DNA of 64,000 nucleotides from Myxococcota bacterium (GCA_039024635.1 JBCCQA010000003.1:62241-126240), one strand, 5' to 3'; positions 1-9,894 are shown, counted from the stretch's first letter. The notes: a model not told the origin generated them from the letters alone. Numbers and translations are program-made.

Positions 1-131
1 TCATGAAGCGCTACCACCCCGACCTCTTCCCAGAGCCCGAAGACAAGGCCGCCGCCACCCGGCTGGCCCAAGGCCTCCGTGCGGCCTACGAACGAATCCA
101 GGCTCACGAAAGAACCCGCAAGGCGCGCTGA
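1..131 (+). CDS. C-terminal fragment of a J-domain (DnaJ-like) protein, truncated by the window edge
   Basis: Frame from nt 3 reads MKRYHPDLFPEPEDKAAATRLAQGLRAAYERI...KAR*, with the HPD motif followed by a J-domain helix III pattern. Confidence 0.75.
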   Translation, partial: MKRYHPDLFPEPEDKAAATRLAQGLRAAYERIQAHERTRKAR

Positions 132-183
132 ATTCTCAGCACCTATCCTTGCCGCCGTCGACATCGTCGGGTGACAAGGAGGC

Positions 184-2055
184 ATGACGACGTCGGACTC
201 CCTCGTCCAGATGCCCGGGGACCGCTCACAGCGGACGACGCTCCACGATGCGGTCATCCGTTTCTCCGGCGACTCGGGAGACGGGATGCAGCTCACCGGA
301 ACCCAGTTCACCCAGACTGCGGCTCGCCTCGGGAACGACACCTCGACGTTCCCCGATTTCCCGGCCGAGATTCGGGCCCCGGCCGGGACCACCTTCGGCG
401 TGTCGGGCTTCCAAATCCACTTCTCTGACCACCGAATCTACACGCCCGGCGACCACCCCGACGTGCTGGTGGCGATGAATCCGGCCGCGCTCAAGGTCAA
501 TCTGCCCGACCTCAAGCCGAGCGGCATCCTCATCCTGAACGAGGACGCCTTCACGGCCAACAACCTGGAGAAGGCGGGCTACACCTCCAATCCTCTGGAG
601 GACGGAAGCCTGACCGCCTATCGGAGCTTCTCCATCCACATCACGACACAGGTGGAGAAGATCCAAAGCGAAGGCAGCAAGCTGAGTTTCAAAGAAATTG
701 GGCGAACCAAGAACTTCTGGACCCTCGGCCTGATCTACTACCTGTACTCCCGGCCTCTCGAGCCCACGCTAGAGTTCATCGACGCCAAGTTCAGGCAGGG
801 TGAGCTGGCCGACGCCAATCGGCGGGCGCTCAAAGCCGGCTACCTTTACGGCGAAGTCGCCGAGCTCTTTCAGGAGACCTACGAGGTCCGTTCAGCCCAG
901 CTCCAACCGGGCACCTATCGCAACGTGACCGGCAACCAGGCCACGGCCTGGGGAGCCATCGCCGCGGCCGAGCAAGCCGGCGTTCCGCTCTTCTACGGCT
1001 CCTACCCCATCACGCCCGCCTCCGACGTTCTCCACGAACTGTCCCGCCACAAGAGCCTGGGCGTGCGCACCATGCAGGCAGAGGACGAGATCGCGGCCGT
1101 GACGGCCAGCATCGGCGCTAGCTTCGGCGGTATGTTGGCGCTGACCGGATCGTCGGGCCCGGGCATCGCTCTGAAGACCGAGGGACTGGGTTTGGCGGTG
1201 AGCGCCGAGCTCCCTCTGGTCGTCCTGAACGTCCAGCGGGGTGGGCCGTCGACCGGACTCCCGACCAAGACCGAGCAGGCCGACCTGCTTCAGGCCATCT
1301 ACGGCCGCAACGGCGAGTGCCCCATCCCGGTCCTGGCGGCGGCTACGCCGTCGGACTGTTTTCGGATGATGGTGGAGAGCTTCCGCATCGCGCTCAAGTA
1401 CATGACGCCCGTCATCCTGCTCACCGACGGCTACCTCGCCAACGGCTCCGAGCCCTGGCGACTGCCGGAAGAGAACGACCTTCCCAAGATCGAGGCTCGC
1501 TTCGCCGAGCCCAGCCCGGACTTTCATCCCTTCCTACGTGACCCGGACACCTTGGCTCGAGTCTGGCCTTTGCCGGGTCGGGCTGGTCTCGAGCACCGCA
1601 TCGGAGGGCTGGAGAAGAACCACGACTCGGGCCACATTAGCTACGACCCCGACAACCACGAGCGGATGATCCAGGTTCGCCAAACCAAGGTGGATCGGGT
1701 CGCCCACGATGGAGCACGGACCGAGATCTTCGGCCCTCGGAACGGCAAAGTGCTTCTCCTGGGCTGGGGCTCGACCTACGGCGCTATTCGGCAGGCCGTC
1801 CACGTTCTCCGCGAACAAGGGCGGGAGGTCAGCCACGCCCACGTCCGTCACCTCAATCCTCTCCCGGCCGATCTGGGCGACGTGTTGGCCGGCTTCGAGC
1901 AGGTGCTGGTCCCCGAGATGAACCTGGGTCAGCTCAGGATGCTGGTCCGGGCCAACTACCTGGTACCGGCCCAGGGTTTGAGCAAGGTGAAGGGCAAGCC
2001 CTTCGCTGTCGAAGAGATCGTCCAGCACGTGCAGAAAATGGAGAACGACGCATGA
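184..2055 (+). CDS. korA: 2-oxoacid:ferredoxin oxidoreductase alpha subunit (fused gamma-alpha)
   Basis: GDSGDGMQLTG, YPITPAS, QAEDEIAA, SSGPGIALKTE and QRGGPSTGLPTK motifs; SD AGGAGG upstream. Confidence 0.95.
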   Translation: MTTSDSLVQMPGDRSQRTTLHDAVIRFSGDSGDGMQLTGTQFTQTAARLGNDTSTFPDFPAEIRAPAGTTFGVSGFQIHFSDHRIYTPGDHPDVLVAMNPAALKVNLPDLKPSGILILNEDAFTANNLEKAGYTSNPLEDGSLTAYRSFSIHITTQVEKIQSEGSKLSFKEIGRTKNFWTLGLIYYLYSRPLEPTLEFIDAKFRQGELADANRRALKAGYLYGEVAELFQETYEVRSAQLQPGTYRNVTGNQATAWGAIAAAEQAGVPLFYGSYPITPASDVLHELSRHKSLGVRTMQAEDEIAAVTASIGASFGGMLALTGSSGPGIALKTEGLGLAVSAELPLVVLNVQRGGPSTGLPTKTEQADLLQAIYGRNGECPIPVLAAATPSDCFRMMVESFRIALKYMTPVILLTDGYLANGSEPWRLPEENDLPKIEARFAEPSPDFHPFLRDPDTLARVWPLPGRAGLEHRIGGLEKNHDSGHISYDPDNHERMIQVRQTKVDRVAHDGARTEIFGPRNGKVLLLGWGSTYGAIRQAVHVLREQGREVSHAHVRHLNPLPADLGDVLAGFEQVLVPEMNLGQLRMLVRANYLVPAQGLSKVKGKPFAVEEIVQHVQKMENDA

Positions 2056-3068
2056 GCGCCACCACGCTGACCAAGAAAGACTTCGCCACAAACCAGGAAG
2101 TTCGCTGGTGCCCCGGCTGTGGCGACTACGCGATCCTGGCCGCCGTCCAGCGCGTGATGCCAAAGCTCGGAGCGCGGAGAGAGAACACCGTCTTCGTGTC
2201 GGGGATCGGCTGCTCTAGCCGCTTCCCCTACTACATGAACACCTTCGGCTTCCACACCATCCACGGCCGCGCACCAGCCGTTGCGACGGGGCTCAAGATC
2301 GCGAACCCAGAGCTGGACGTGTGGGTGGTGACGGGAGACGGCGACGGGCTCTCGATCGGCGGCAACCATCTCCTCCACGCGCTTCGAAGAAACGTCGGCC
2401 TCAAGATCTTGCTGTTCAACAACCGGATCTACGGCCTGACGAAGGGCCAGTATTCACCGACCTCGGAAGCGGGCAAGAAGACAAAGTCCACGCCCTTCGG
2501 CTCCATCGACGCGCCCTTCAATCCGGTGACGTTGGCCCTAGGGGCGAACGCGAGCTTCGTTGCCCGTGCCTTCGACCGCGACCCCAAGAACCTGGAGCGG
2601 GTCTTGGAAAGAGCGGCCCGCCACAAAGGCTCCGCCTTCGTGGAGATCTTCCAGAACTGCAACGTCTTCAACGATGGCGCCTTCGACGGATTCACCGACA
2701 AGAAGGTCCGAAGCGAGCAGCAGGTGTGGGTCGAGCACGGCAAGCCCCTCCGCTTCGGCAAGGACGGCGAGAAAGGCATCGTCCTCGGCGAAGCGCCCGG
2801 CTTCGAGCCTCGGGTGGTCACGGCCGGCGTGGACGCCCCGGATGAAGACCTCCTGGTTCACGACGAGCGGCAACCCAATGGGATCCTGGCCAGCATCTTG
2901 GGCAGCATGACGCCACCCCTGGCCCCCATGGCGATGGGGGTGCTCCGGGATTTCGAGCGGACCACCTTCGAGGATGGGGTCCTGGACCAAGTCGACCACG
3001 CCCCGAATGGAGCCGGGCGTTCGATCCATGAGCTGATTCGCGCCGGCGACACCTGGACGGTGGAGTGA
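2052..3068 (+). CDS. korB: 2-oxoacid:ferredoxin oxidoreductase beta subunit (TPP-binding)
   Basis: WCPGCGD, SGIGCSSR, HGRA, GDGDGLSIGGNH and NNRIYGLTKGQYSPT motifs; ATGA overlap with korA. Confidence 0.95.
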   Translation: MSATTLTKKDFATNQEVRWCPGCGDYAILAAVQRVMPKLGARRENTVFVSGIGCSSRFPYYMNTFGFHTIHGRAPAVATGLKIANPELDVWVVTGDGDGLSIGGNHLLHALRRNVGLKILLFNNRIYGLTKGQYSPTSEAGKKTKSTPFGSIDAPFNPVTLALGANASFVARAFDRDPKNLERVLERAARHKGSAFVEIFQNCNVFNDGAFDGFTDKKVRSEQQVWVEHGKPLRFGKDGEKGIVLGEAPGFEPRVVTAGVDAPDEDLLVHDERQPNGILASILGSMTPPLAPMAMGVLRDFERTTFEDGVLDQVDHAPNGAGRSIHELIRAGDTWTVE

Positions 3069-3132
3069 TCCCGGCGCCCCGGCAAAGATTTCCTTTGATG
3101 CCCGGGTTCGGTTCGGTCAGTGGAGGGTCCCC

Positions 3133-4656
3133 ATGGTTCTCAGCCGTCAAAGCCCGGTCGACCTGAGCCCCCTTCCTGCCCTTCCCACGACCGAGGCCAA
3201 TCGCCTGCCCGAGATGGTCGAATCCGCTCGGACGGCCCACCACGTCTGGAGCCGCCAGCGCTTCGAGGCCCGGGTCGGGGCTCTGCGGCGAGCCTGCCGC
3301 GCGATGCTGGCAGACCGGGCGCGGATCATCGCGCTCGTCCGACGGGAGGTCGGGAAGGTCGAAGCCGACGCCCTGTTCAGCGAGGCGCTAGGTCCGCTCG
3401 AGACCCTGAACCACTGGGTACCCATGGTGCAAAAGGCCCTGATCCCGGCTCAGGTCCGCCTCAACCCCATCAGCTTTCCCAAGAAAAGCGGCTGGTCGCA
3501 GCTGGTGCCGCGAGGCGTGGTCGGCATCATCGCGCCTTGGAACTTCCCCGTCTCCGGCCTCTATCGCAGCTGCTTCCCGGCCCTCCTGATGGGCAACGCC
3601 ATCCTGGTCAAGCCGAGCGAGTACGCGTCCGAAAGCAGTCGCTGGTTCGTCGACCACCTGGCGGCCGAGCTCCCCCCCGACCTGGCCCGCCCGGTCATCG
3701 GCGGGCCCGAAATAGGTCAGGCCTTGGTTCGAACCAACATCGACGCCTGCGCTTTCACCGGTTCGGTCCCGACGGGACGTCGAGTCCAAGTCGAATGCGC
3801 GCAGCGTGGCGTCCCTTGCAGCGTCGAGCTGGGAGGCAAGGACTTCGCCGTCGTCCTCGGAGACTGCGCGCTCGACCGCACCATTGCGGGGCTCACCCAG
3901 TGGTCGCTGCAAAACGCGGGGCAGGCCTGCGGCGCCATCGAAGTGGCCGCGGTGGACCAGGCGATCGCGGAACCCCTGGTGTCCGGTTTGGCGATCGCCT
4001 TTCGTGGTCTTCGACTGGGAGAGGACCTCGCGCCCTTGGCCAACGAGCGGCAGCTCGAGGTCGTCGAAGCCCAGGTGAAGGATGCCTTGCAGAAGGGCGC
4101 TCAGCTCGTATGCGGGGGGGAGCGAAGCGGACCGGGTCTGGGTTTTCTACCCACCATCCTCGACCACTGCACCGAGGACATGGCGGTAGTGCGTCAGGAG
4201 ACCTTCGGCCCCGTCCTTCCCATCTTGCGGGTTCCCAACGCCTACGAAGCCACCAAACTGGTGAATCGGTCGAGTTTCGGACTTACGGCATCGGTTTGGT
4301 CCGAGGACGTGGAGCGAGCGAAGAAGCTCGCCGACCGACTCGAGGTCGGCGTGGTCACCATCAACAACCACGCGCTGACCGGCGCCATCCCCGAATTGCC
4401 CTGGGCTGGCACCAAGGACTCAGGCCCCGGGATCGCCAACAGCGTTCACGCCCTGAACACCTTCGGTCGACCCAAAGCCATCCTTGTCGACGAGAGTAAG
4501 GGTCCCGAGCCCTTCTGGCTCCCCTACGATCAGGACTTGGTCGAGCTCGGCCACCGTCTCGCCGACGCCCAGCTGGGCCGCATCTTGAAGGCTTACCGGA
4601 TCCCCATCCTGCTTCGACGCCGAGCCGAGGCCATCAAGCGCCACTTCGGCTGGTAG
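3133..4656 (+). CDS. Aldehyde dehydrogenase family protein
   Basis: PWNFP, KPSE, FTGS, ELGGKD, NAGQAC (catalytic Cys) and ETFGP motifs. Confidence 0.93.
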   Translation: MVLSRQSPVDLSPLPALPTTEANRLPEMVESARTAHHVWSRQRFEARVGALRRACRAMLADRARIIALVRREVGKVEADALFSEALGPLETLNHWVPMVQKALIPAQVRLNPISFPKKSGWSQLVPRGVVGIIAPWNFPVSGLYRSCFPALLMGNAILVKPSEYASESSRWFVDHLAAELPPDLARPVIGGPEIGQALVRTNIDACAFTGSVPTGRRVQVECAQRGVPCSVELGGKDFAVVLGDCALDRTIAGLTQWSLQNAGQACGAIEVAAVDQAIAEPLVSGLAIAFRGLRLGEDLAPLANERQLEVVEAQVKDALQKGAQLVCGGERSGPGLGFLPTILDHCTEDMAVVRQETFGPVLPILRVPNAYEATKLVNRSSFGLTASVWSEDVERAKKLADRLEVGVVTINNHALTGAIPELPWAGTKDSGPGIANSVHALNTFGRPKAILVDESKGPEPFWLPYDQDLVELGHRLADAQLGRILKAYRIPILLRRRAEAIKRHFGW

Positions 4657-4689
4657 CCTCCAAGACTCCCCAGCCATAGACTGCCGAGG

Positions 4690-5259
4690 GTGAGATGGCC
4701 GGTCTTCATCCTCTTCGGGGCTTGCGCGCTTGGCGCCTGGAGCACCGAAGCGGAGGCCAGCCGGCTTAGGCCCAGGCCCTTGCACCAGTCTTTGGCCCAG
4801 GCCGACTTCGTCGGTCGGATTCGAATACTCGAACCCAGCGCTGAGAGCCCTTCGGGAAGAGACCGTTCCTCCTATGCGGCCCACTTCTCGGTGAAGATCG
4901 AGGTCGTCGACGTCCTGCAGAACTCGGGGATGCCGCATCCAAAGCTCGTCCACTGCAACATGATCCGTGCCCAGCTCGAGGCCCGTGGCCCCGTACTCGA
5001 GGGTTGCTTCGGGGAGAACCTCCCTGGGTCTTGCTCGGCCGAATACAAGGAGATCGCCCATGAGCGCCTGAACCTCCCGGGCGAGCTTCGCTTCGAAGAC
5101 GACTGTAGTGCTTGGAGCGGTCGGTCCCGGGCCTGTCTGGCTCGCGTATTGTGCGAGCGTCCGGTCGCCGTCACGAAGTGGGGAGAAGACGGTCCTCTGA
5201 CCTTCGGCTTCACGGTCGGGCGACAAGAGGGCGCCGTCGTCTTCACGGACGTACACTGA
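4690..5259 (+). CDS. Hypothetical secreted protein with several Cys residues
   Basis: Signal-peptide-like N-terminus (MRWPVFILFGACALGAWSTEAEA); TAGACT 7 nt before GTG; fills the gap between neighbouring genes. Confidence 0.6.
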   Translation: MRWPVFILFGACALGAWSTEAEASRLRPRPLHQSLAQADFVGRIRILEPSAESPSGRDRSSYAAHFSVKIEVVDVLQNSGMPHPKLVHCNMIRAQLEARGPVLEGCFGENLPGSCSAEYKEIAHERLNLPGELRFEDDCSAWSGRSRACLARVLCERPVAVTKWGEDGPLTFGFTVGRQEGAVVFTDVH

Positions 5260-5303
5260 GCCCTCGCCTTGCTGCCCACTGGGGAGGCTGGTAGCCGAAG
5301 AGT

Positions 5304-7442
5304 ATGCACGGGCACGGTCCTGGATTTGTCGCCGACTTGGCGCTGGTCCTGGCCGTGGCCGGCGTGGTGGGGATCGTCGCCCGTCGGCTGAATCAGCCCA
5401 CCATTCTTGCCTACCTTTTGGCCGGCTTCGTGGTCGGTCCCTATCTGCCCGTGCCCCTCTTCGCCGACGCGGAGCGGGTCGAGACCTTGGCCGAGTTCGG
5501 CGTGGTCCTGGTCATGTTCGCGATCGGGGTCGAGTTCAGCATCGGCAAGCTCATCCGCGTGATGCCCACCAGCGGCGTGACCGGCCTCATCCAGGTGGGC
5601 TTCCTCGCGTGGTGCGGCTTCGCTGTCGCCCTGGCCATGGGAGCGTCCAACGTGGAGGCGATCTTCATCGCCGGTGCCCTATCGATTTCGAGCACGATGG
5701 TGGTCACGGGGATTTTCGCCGAGGGTTCGGTCAGCGAAGACGTCCGGACCAGCGTCCTCGGGGTCCTGGTGATTCAGGACGTACTGGCCATCGTTCTCAT
5801 CGCCGCCCTCACCGGTGTGGCCAGCGGCGGGGGCCTGGAGATGGGCGCCCTCCTCATCGTCCTCAGCAAGCTGGGCGCGGTGCTCTTGGGTCTACTGGGA
5901 GTCGGTCTGATGGTGGTGCCGCGGCTGGTACGTCGCGTCTATCGGATGGGGAGCCGAGAGCTCTTGGTCGTCTTCGTGGTCGGGCTCTGCTTCGGCATCG
6001 GACACCTGGCCGAGCTGCTGGGCTACTCGGTGGCTTTGGGTGCCTTCGTCGCCGGCGTGCTAGTGGCCGAGTCCGGAAAGGGCGAGAGGATCGAGCATCT
6101 GATCGTCCCCCTTCGTGACGTGTTTGCCGCCGTCTTCTTCGTATCCATCGGGATGAGCTTCAATCCGAGCGTCGTCGTCTCCGAGCTCCCGACCGCCTTG
6201 GCCCTGACCGCAGTCGTGATCTTCGGACACCTGCTATCCGTCACCACGGCCGGTATTCTGTCGGGAAGCGGGCTGCGTCGGTCATTGGCATCCGCTCTCG
6301 CCCTGGGGCAGATCGGTGAGTTTGCCTTCATCATCGCCGGGCTGGGCATCAGCGCGGGCGTGGTCCGACGAGAGGTGCAGCCCATCCTGCTGACGGTGGC
6401 CGTCTTGACGGCTTTCACGACGCCCCTCGCCGTGCGCTACACCGAGCCCATCCTTCGTTTCGTCGATCACAAGATGCCCTCTGGTTTCCACCGCGTGGTC
6501 GGACTCTATGAGCAATGGTTCGCGCGGCTCCGAAGCCGAAGCGCGGCGGGAACGAGAAGCCGGGCCGCCGGCGCCATCCGTTTGGCACTGATCGACGCAG
6601 CGGTGGCCGTTCTGCTCCTGGCTTTCGGCTTGACTTGGTTCGAAGAGCTGAGGGACGCCCTGGCCGGCCTACTGACCTGGTCGACGGGCTCGGCCGGGGC
6701 GCTCATCGGCGTGGCCCTCGTCCTTCTTATCCTGCCCCTCCTCTACGGTTTGGCCAAGAACGTCCTCGTCTTGTCTTCGGTCCTCGCCGACGCCGTCATC
6801 GCGACCGGAGCCTCCAGCTCCGAACGTCGAGTCGTGCGGCGAATCGTCCGAGACACCGTCCACATCACTGCAACCCTGGCCATGGGCGTGCCGGCCGCGG
6901 CGATCCTTCGGCCCGAGCTGCCAGCCCCGATCGGCCTTCCGATCGTCCTCGCCCTCGCCGGGGCCTTTCTCTACGCCCTGCTTCGCGACGCGGGCGGCCT
7001 GGAGTCCGAGCTTCGTTCCGGGGCCGAGCGCATGGCCCGGGAGCTGGCCCGGCGGAGCCGCCATGATTCCTCGACCGATCTCGTCTCAGTCGAGGTTCCG
7101 GTACCGAGTTCCGTCCCGGCCGAAGTCCGGGATGGTCTTCCCTTTCCCGGCTTCGAAGCGGTGCAGTTATGGACCGTCCCCGAGGGTTCGTGGGCTGCGT
7201 CCTCCACCCTGGCAAACCTCGACCTACGGGCAGCGACCGGCGTGGTCATCCTGACCATCCAACGGCCCGACGGGCTGGTCACGCTGCCCACCGGAACCGA
7301 AACCATCCGCAGCGGCGATGTCCTCGGCCTTTGGGGCGCACCCGCCGCCATGGAGCACGCACTTCGCCTTTTGGAGGGCGGCGCTACCGAAGCTGAGAAA
7401 GAGCCAGACGCCTTGCGAAGTGGGCCGTTGGCCGCGAATTGA
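5304..7442 (+). CDS. Cation:proton antiporter (CPA2/Kef family) with C-terminal TrkA-C (RCK_C) domain
   Basis: Many TM helices; SISSTMVV, IQDVLAI, LGAFVAG, PLRDVFAAVFFVSIGM and QIGEFAFII motifs; C-terminal LRAATGVVILTIQR...GDVL. Confidence 0.9.
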   Translation: MHGHGPGFVADLALVLAVAGVVGIVARRLNQPTILAYLLAGFVVGPYLPVPLFADAERVETLAEFGVVLVMFAIGVEFSIGKLIRVMPTSGVTGLIQVGFLAWCGFAVALAMGASNVEAIFIAGALSISSTMVVTGIFAEGSVSEDVRTSVLGVLVIQDVLAIVLIAALTGVASGGGLEMGALLIVLSKLGAVLLGLLGVGLMVVPRLVRRVYRMGSRELLVVFVVGLCFGIGHLAELLGYSVALGAFVAGVLVAESGKGERIEHLIVPLRDVFAAVFFVSIGMSFNPSVVVSELPTALALTAVVIFGHLLSVTTAGILSGSGLRRSLASALALGQIGEFAFIIAGLGISAGVVRREVQPILLTVAVLTAFTTPLAVRYTEPILRFVDHKMPSGFHRVVGLYEQWFARLRSRSAAGTRSRAAGAIRLALIDAAVAVLLLAFGLTWFEELRDALAGLLTWSTGSAGALIGVALVLLILPLLYGLAKNVLVLSSVLADAVIATGASSSERRVVRRIVRDTVHITATLAMGVPAAAILRPELPAPIGLPIVLALAGAFLYALLRDAGGLESELRSGAERMARELARRSRHDSSTDLVSVEVPVPSSVPAEVRDGLPFPGFEAVQLWTVPEGSWAASSTLANLDLRAATGVVILTIQRPDGLVTLPTGTETIRSGDVLGLWGAPAAMEHALRLLEGGATEAEKEPDALRSGPLAAN

Positions 7443-7715
7443 CGGGCGCTCGCGCCCGTTCGAGCAACGAGGCCACGGGTCGGAGACATCATCTCGATGA
7501 GCTTTTGGGGCGATCCCATCTTGGAAGAGCAGATAATCATCCTCGACTACGATGCTGGCAGCGAGACGCTGCGGCTTCTCGAAGCGAACGGTCTCAGTCC
7601 GCCCGAACGAGTCGACATCAATCGCCTGCCTTCGGCCCCTATCCCAGCTACAAGAGAGGCGCACAGAGTCCTCGCTCTCCACCGGACGCGACTCGAAAGG
7701 TGCTACGTTCGGTGC

Positions 7716-8144
7716 ATGCGTCCACTCTCCGTCGTGCCCCTCGTCTTCTGCGTTTTCGTTCTGGGTCTTGGTCTGGGGAAGGCCTCTCAGGAGTCGGCCG
7801 CCACCGTCCTGCACCTGGACGAGCTCCCGGTGAAGCACGCTGCGAGCGGCAAGGCGAGGGTTCAGATCATGGGTCGAGGTCGGAATGCCTTCGTCGGTCG
7901 TCTGGAGCTCGACGCAGGGGCCAAGGTGCCTCTGCACCGGGACGCCACCGAGGAGTACATCCACGTCATCGAGGGTTCCGGGACGATGACGATCGAAGGG
8001 AAGACCTATGAAGTTCGAAAAGGCACGACCATCTACATGCCCGCCAACGCCGAGGTCAGCTTCGAGAACGGGCCTCAGACCATGGTCGGGCTCCAGGTCT
8101 TTGCCGGCCCCGGGCCCGCCGCCAAGTACGACGCCTGGAAGTAG
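7716..8144 (+). CDS. Secreted cupin-domain protein
   Basis: Signal peptide from ATG 7716; cupin motifs VPLHRDATEEYIHVIEGSG and GTTIYMPANAEVSF; TACGTT 6 nt before the ATG. Confidence 0.85.
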   Translation: MRPLSVVPLVFCVFVLGLGLGKASQESAATVLHLDELPVKHAASGKARVQIMGRGRNAFVGRLELDAGAKVPLHRDATEEYIHVIEGSGTMTIEGKTYEVRKGTTIYMPANAEVSFENGPQTMVGLQVFAGPGPAAKYDAWK

Positions 8145-8176
8145 ACGCGGCCCGTGAATCAAGAGGCCTTCGTAGG

Positions 8177-8197
8177 CTCGAGCCGTCCCGGCTCGAG
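8177..8197. terminator. GC-rich hairpin between convergent genes, possible bidirectional terminator
   Basis: CTCGAGCCG-TCC-CGGCTCGAG perfect 9-bp stem between the cupin and SDR stop codons; no strong U-tract. Confidence 0.4.
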
Positions 8198-8216
8198 GAG
8201 AAATCTCATCATTTTC

Positions 8217-8999
8217 TCAGGGCATGGTGAGGCCGCCGTCGACGGCGATCATCTGGCCGGTGACAAATCGGTTGAGATCGCTGGCAAAGCCCACGACGAC
8301 GTCGGCGATGTCGTCGGGGGCGCCGAGTCTTCGCAGGGGGGTGATGGATCGAACCAGATTCTGCACGTCTTCGGTGGTCGGGGCGCTGGCTCGGGTCGTC
8401 ATGATGAGGCCACCCGCAATCATGTTGACGCGGATGCCGTCCGGGCCGAGCTCGGCGGCCAGATTCCGTGAGAAGCCCAGCATCGCCGACTTGGCCGTGG
8501 TGTAGGCGTGGTACTGGACCACGGGATTGGAGATGAGGTTGGTCAGGATGTTGACCACGCTTCCACCCCCTCGACTCCGCATGGAGGGCAGTGCGGCCTG
8601 GATGACGTGGGTGGCTCCGGCTACGGTGCCGTCGATCTGCGCCTGGAACTGAGACCAGTCCATGTCTTCGAAGCGAGGATTACTGGTCGGATCGAAGCGA
8701 TAGTCGTGGAGCGCATTGTTCACCACGACATCGACCCCACCGAACTTCTCCTCGAGAGCGCCAACCATGCTGTGCACCTGATCGCGATCGCGAACGTCGG
8801 CACCGAGGGCTTCGGCGGATCCGCCTAGCTCACGAAGAGAGGCGGCCAGGGCCTCGGCCTCCCGCTTGGACTGAAAGTAGTTCACCCCCACCGTGGCCCC
8901 ATGGGCGGACAGGCGCTGGGCAATGGCCGCTCCGATACCCTGGCTGGCCCCCGTCACCAGGGCGACCTTGCCCTCCAGCAGTCGTGTCGTGTCGTTCAT
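8217..8999 (-). CDS. SDR family oxidoreductase, FabG-like, downstream of a TPP riboswitch (OarX-like)
   Basis: TGASQGIG, VVNNA and YTTAK motifs; GQMIAVDGG C-terminus; start at MNDTTRLLEGK preceded by GAGG. Confidence 0.9.
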   Translation of the reverse strand: MNDTTRLLEGKVALVTGASQGIGAAIAQRLSAHGATVGVNYFQSKREAEALAASLRELGGSAEALGADVRDRDQVHSMVGALEEKFGGVDVVVNNALHDYRFDPTSNPRFEDMDWSQFQAQIDGTVAGATHVIQAALPSMRSRGGGSVVNILTNLISNPVVQYHAYTTAKSAMLGFSRNLAAELGPDGIRVNMIAGGLIMTTRASAPTTEDVQNLVRSITPLRRLGAPDDIADVVVGFASDLNRFVTGQMIAVDGGLTMP

Positions 9000-9053
9000 G
9001 TAAACCTCGGCGCCGAGACAAGCTCGGCGCTCCCCGGAGCGGCGCTCCGGTCC

Positions 9054-9148
9054 TGGTGCACTTCCTACGCCCGTCCGAACGGGTTCAGGTTCCAAGGGAC
9101 TCTCTCAGCCGACGCGCCCCCATGCGCTCTCGGCACCCCCGTGCCCGG
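9054..9148 (-). promoter_or_regulatory. TPP (thiamine pyrophosphate) riboswitch aptamer
   Basis: Minus strand reads GCAC-GGGGGTGCCGA...TCGG-CTGAGA-GAGTCCCTT-GGAACCTGAA-CCCGTTCGGACGGG-CGTAGGAA-GTGC, containing the hallmark CUGAGA, CCCUU, GAACCUGA and GCGNAGG elements with P1 (GCAC/GTGC), P3 and P5 stems. Confidence 0.93.
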
Positions 9149-9151
9149 CCA

Positions 9152-9180
9152 GGGCTAGCGCAGCCGAGCTCGGCCATCAA
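9152..9180 (-). promoter_or_regulatory. Putative sigma70-type promoter driving the riboswitch-SDR transcript
   Basis: Minus strand TTGATG-N17-TAGCCC ends about 6 nt before the 5' arm of riboswitch P1. Confidence 0.5.
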
Positions 9181-9226
9181 GCGTTCACCTAGACCCCAAA
9201 CGCCACGGCTCGCTATCGTGGGACCC

Positions 9227-9730
9227 ATGAGCATGCTGGGCAGCTTTCGCCTGGGTCCTCTCCAAGGCGCCCTCAAGGCGGCAACTTACGTGCTCTTCTC
9301 ATTGCCGATTCTCATCCTCAGCCTTGGCTTCATCATGGGGGGATGGGCCCGAAGCCTTTGGGTGCCCGTCTTCCTCTTGGTTCTCTATCTCGTCGTGTGG
9401 CTCGTCTTCCGCCCGCGGGAGCTTCTTTGGGAGCAGGACGACCTTGTGATTCGCTTCCCGCTCCGAACTCGCCGCATCCCGAAGGCCGACATCGAAAGGG
9501 TGGAAGTCTTGAGCAAGCCCGATACCCAGGCGCGACTGGGAAGCGCCGTCCGCTTCGGCGTCGGCGGCCTGTTCGGCGTCTTCGGTCGGCTGTGGACGAG
9601 CCGAGAAGGCTTCGTGGACGTGTACCTGACCCGCTCCGAAGACATCGTGTGGATCCATCGCCGAGGCGGTCGACCCATTCTCGTGACCCCGGAGACGCCA
9701 CATGCCTTCGCCGAGGCCTTCTCGAGCTGA
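9227..9730 (+). CDS. Membrane protein with bacterial PH domain
   Basis: Two N-terminal TM helices, then LVIRFPLRTRRIPKADI, RFGVGGLFGVFG and ILVTPETP motifs typical of bPH proteins. Confidence 0.8.
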   Translation: MSMLGSFRLGPLQGALKAATYVLFSLPILILSLGFIMGGWARSLWVPVFLLVLYLVVWLVFRPRELLWEQDDLVIRFPLRTRRIPKADIERVEVLSKPDTQARLGSAVRFGVGGLFGVFGRLWTSREGFVDVYLTRSEDIVWIHRRGGRPILVTPETPHAFAEAFSS

Positions 9731-9868
9731 TCAAGTGTGACCCGAGGCCTCCACGAGAGGATGGACACTCGACGAGGTATCGAGTGCTTGCGCGACGAGT
9801 ACCGCTCGACTTCTGTATGAGAGTGCTTCCCGCCCCGCGCCAAGCAAGCCGCCGTCATTCATGAGTTG

Positions 9869-9894
9869 AAAACAGACCGGGCACGACGTGCCCG
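9869..9894 (-). terminator. Possible intrinsic terminator downstream of amtB-acuI
   Basis: CGGGCAC-GTC-GTGCCCG stem followed by GTCTGTTTT on the minus strand. Confidence 0.35.

Noticed and set aside
9765-9790. CIRCE-like inverted repeat CACTC...GAGTGCT
   Set aside because: Spacer is 11 nt rather than 9, the left arm is poor, and it is not upstream of a chaperone gene
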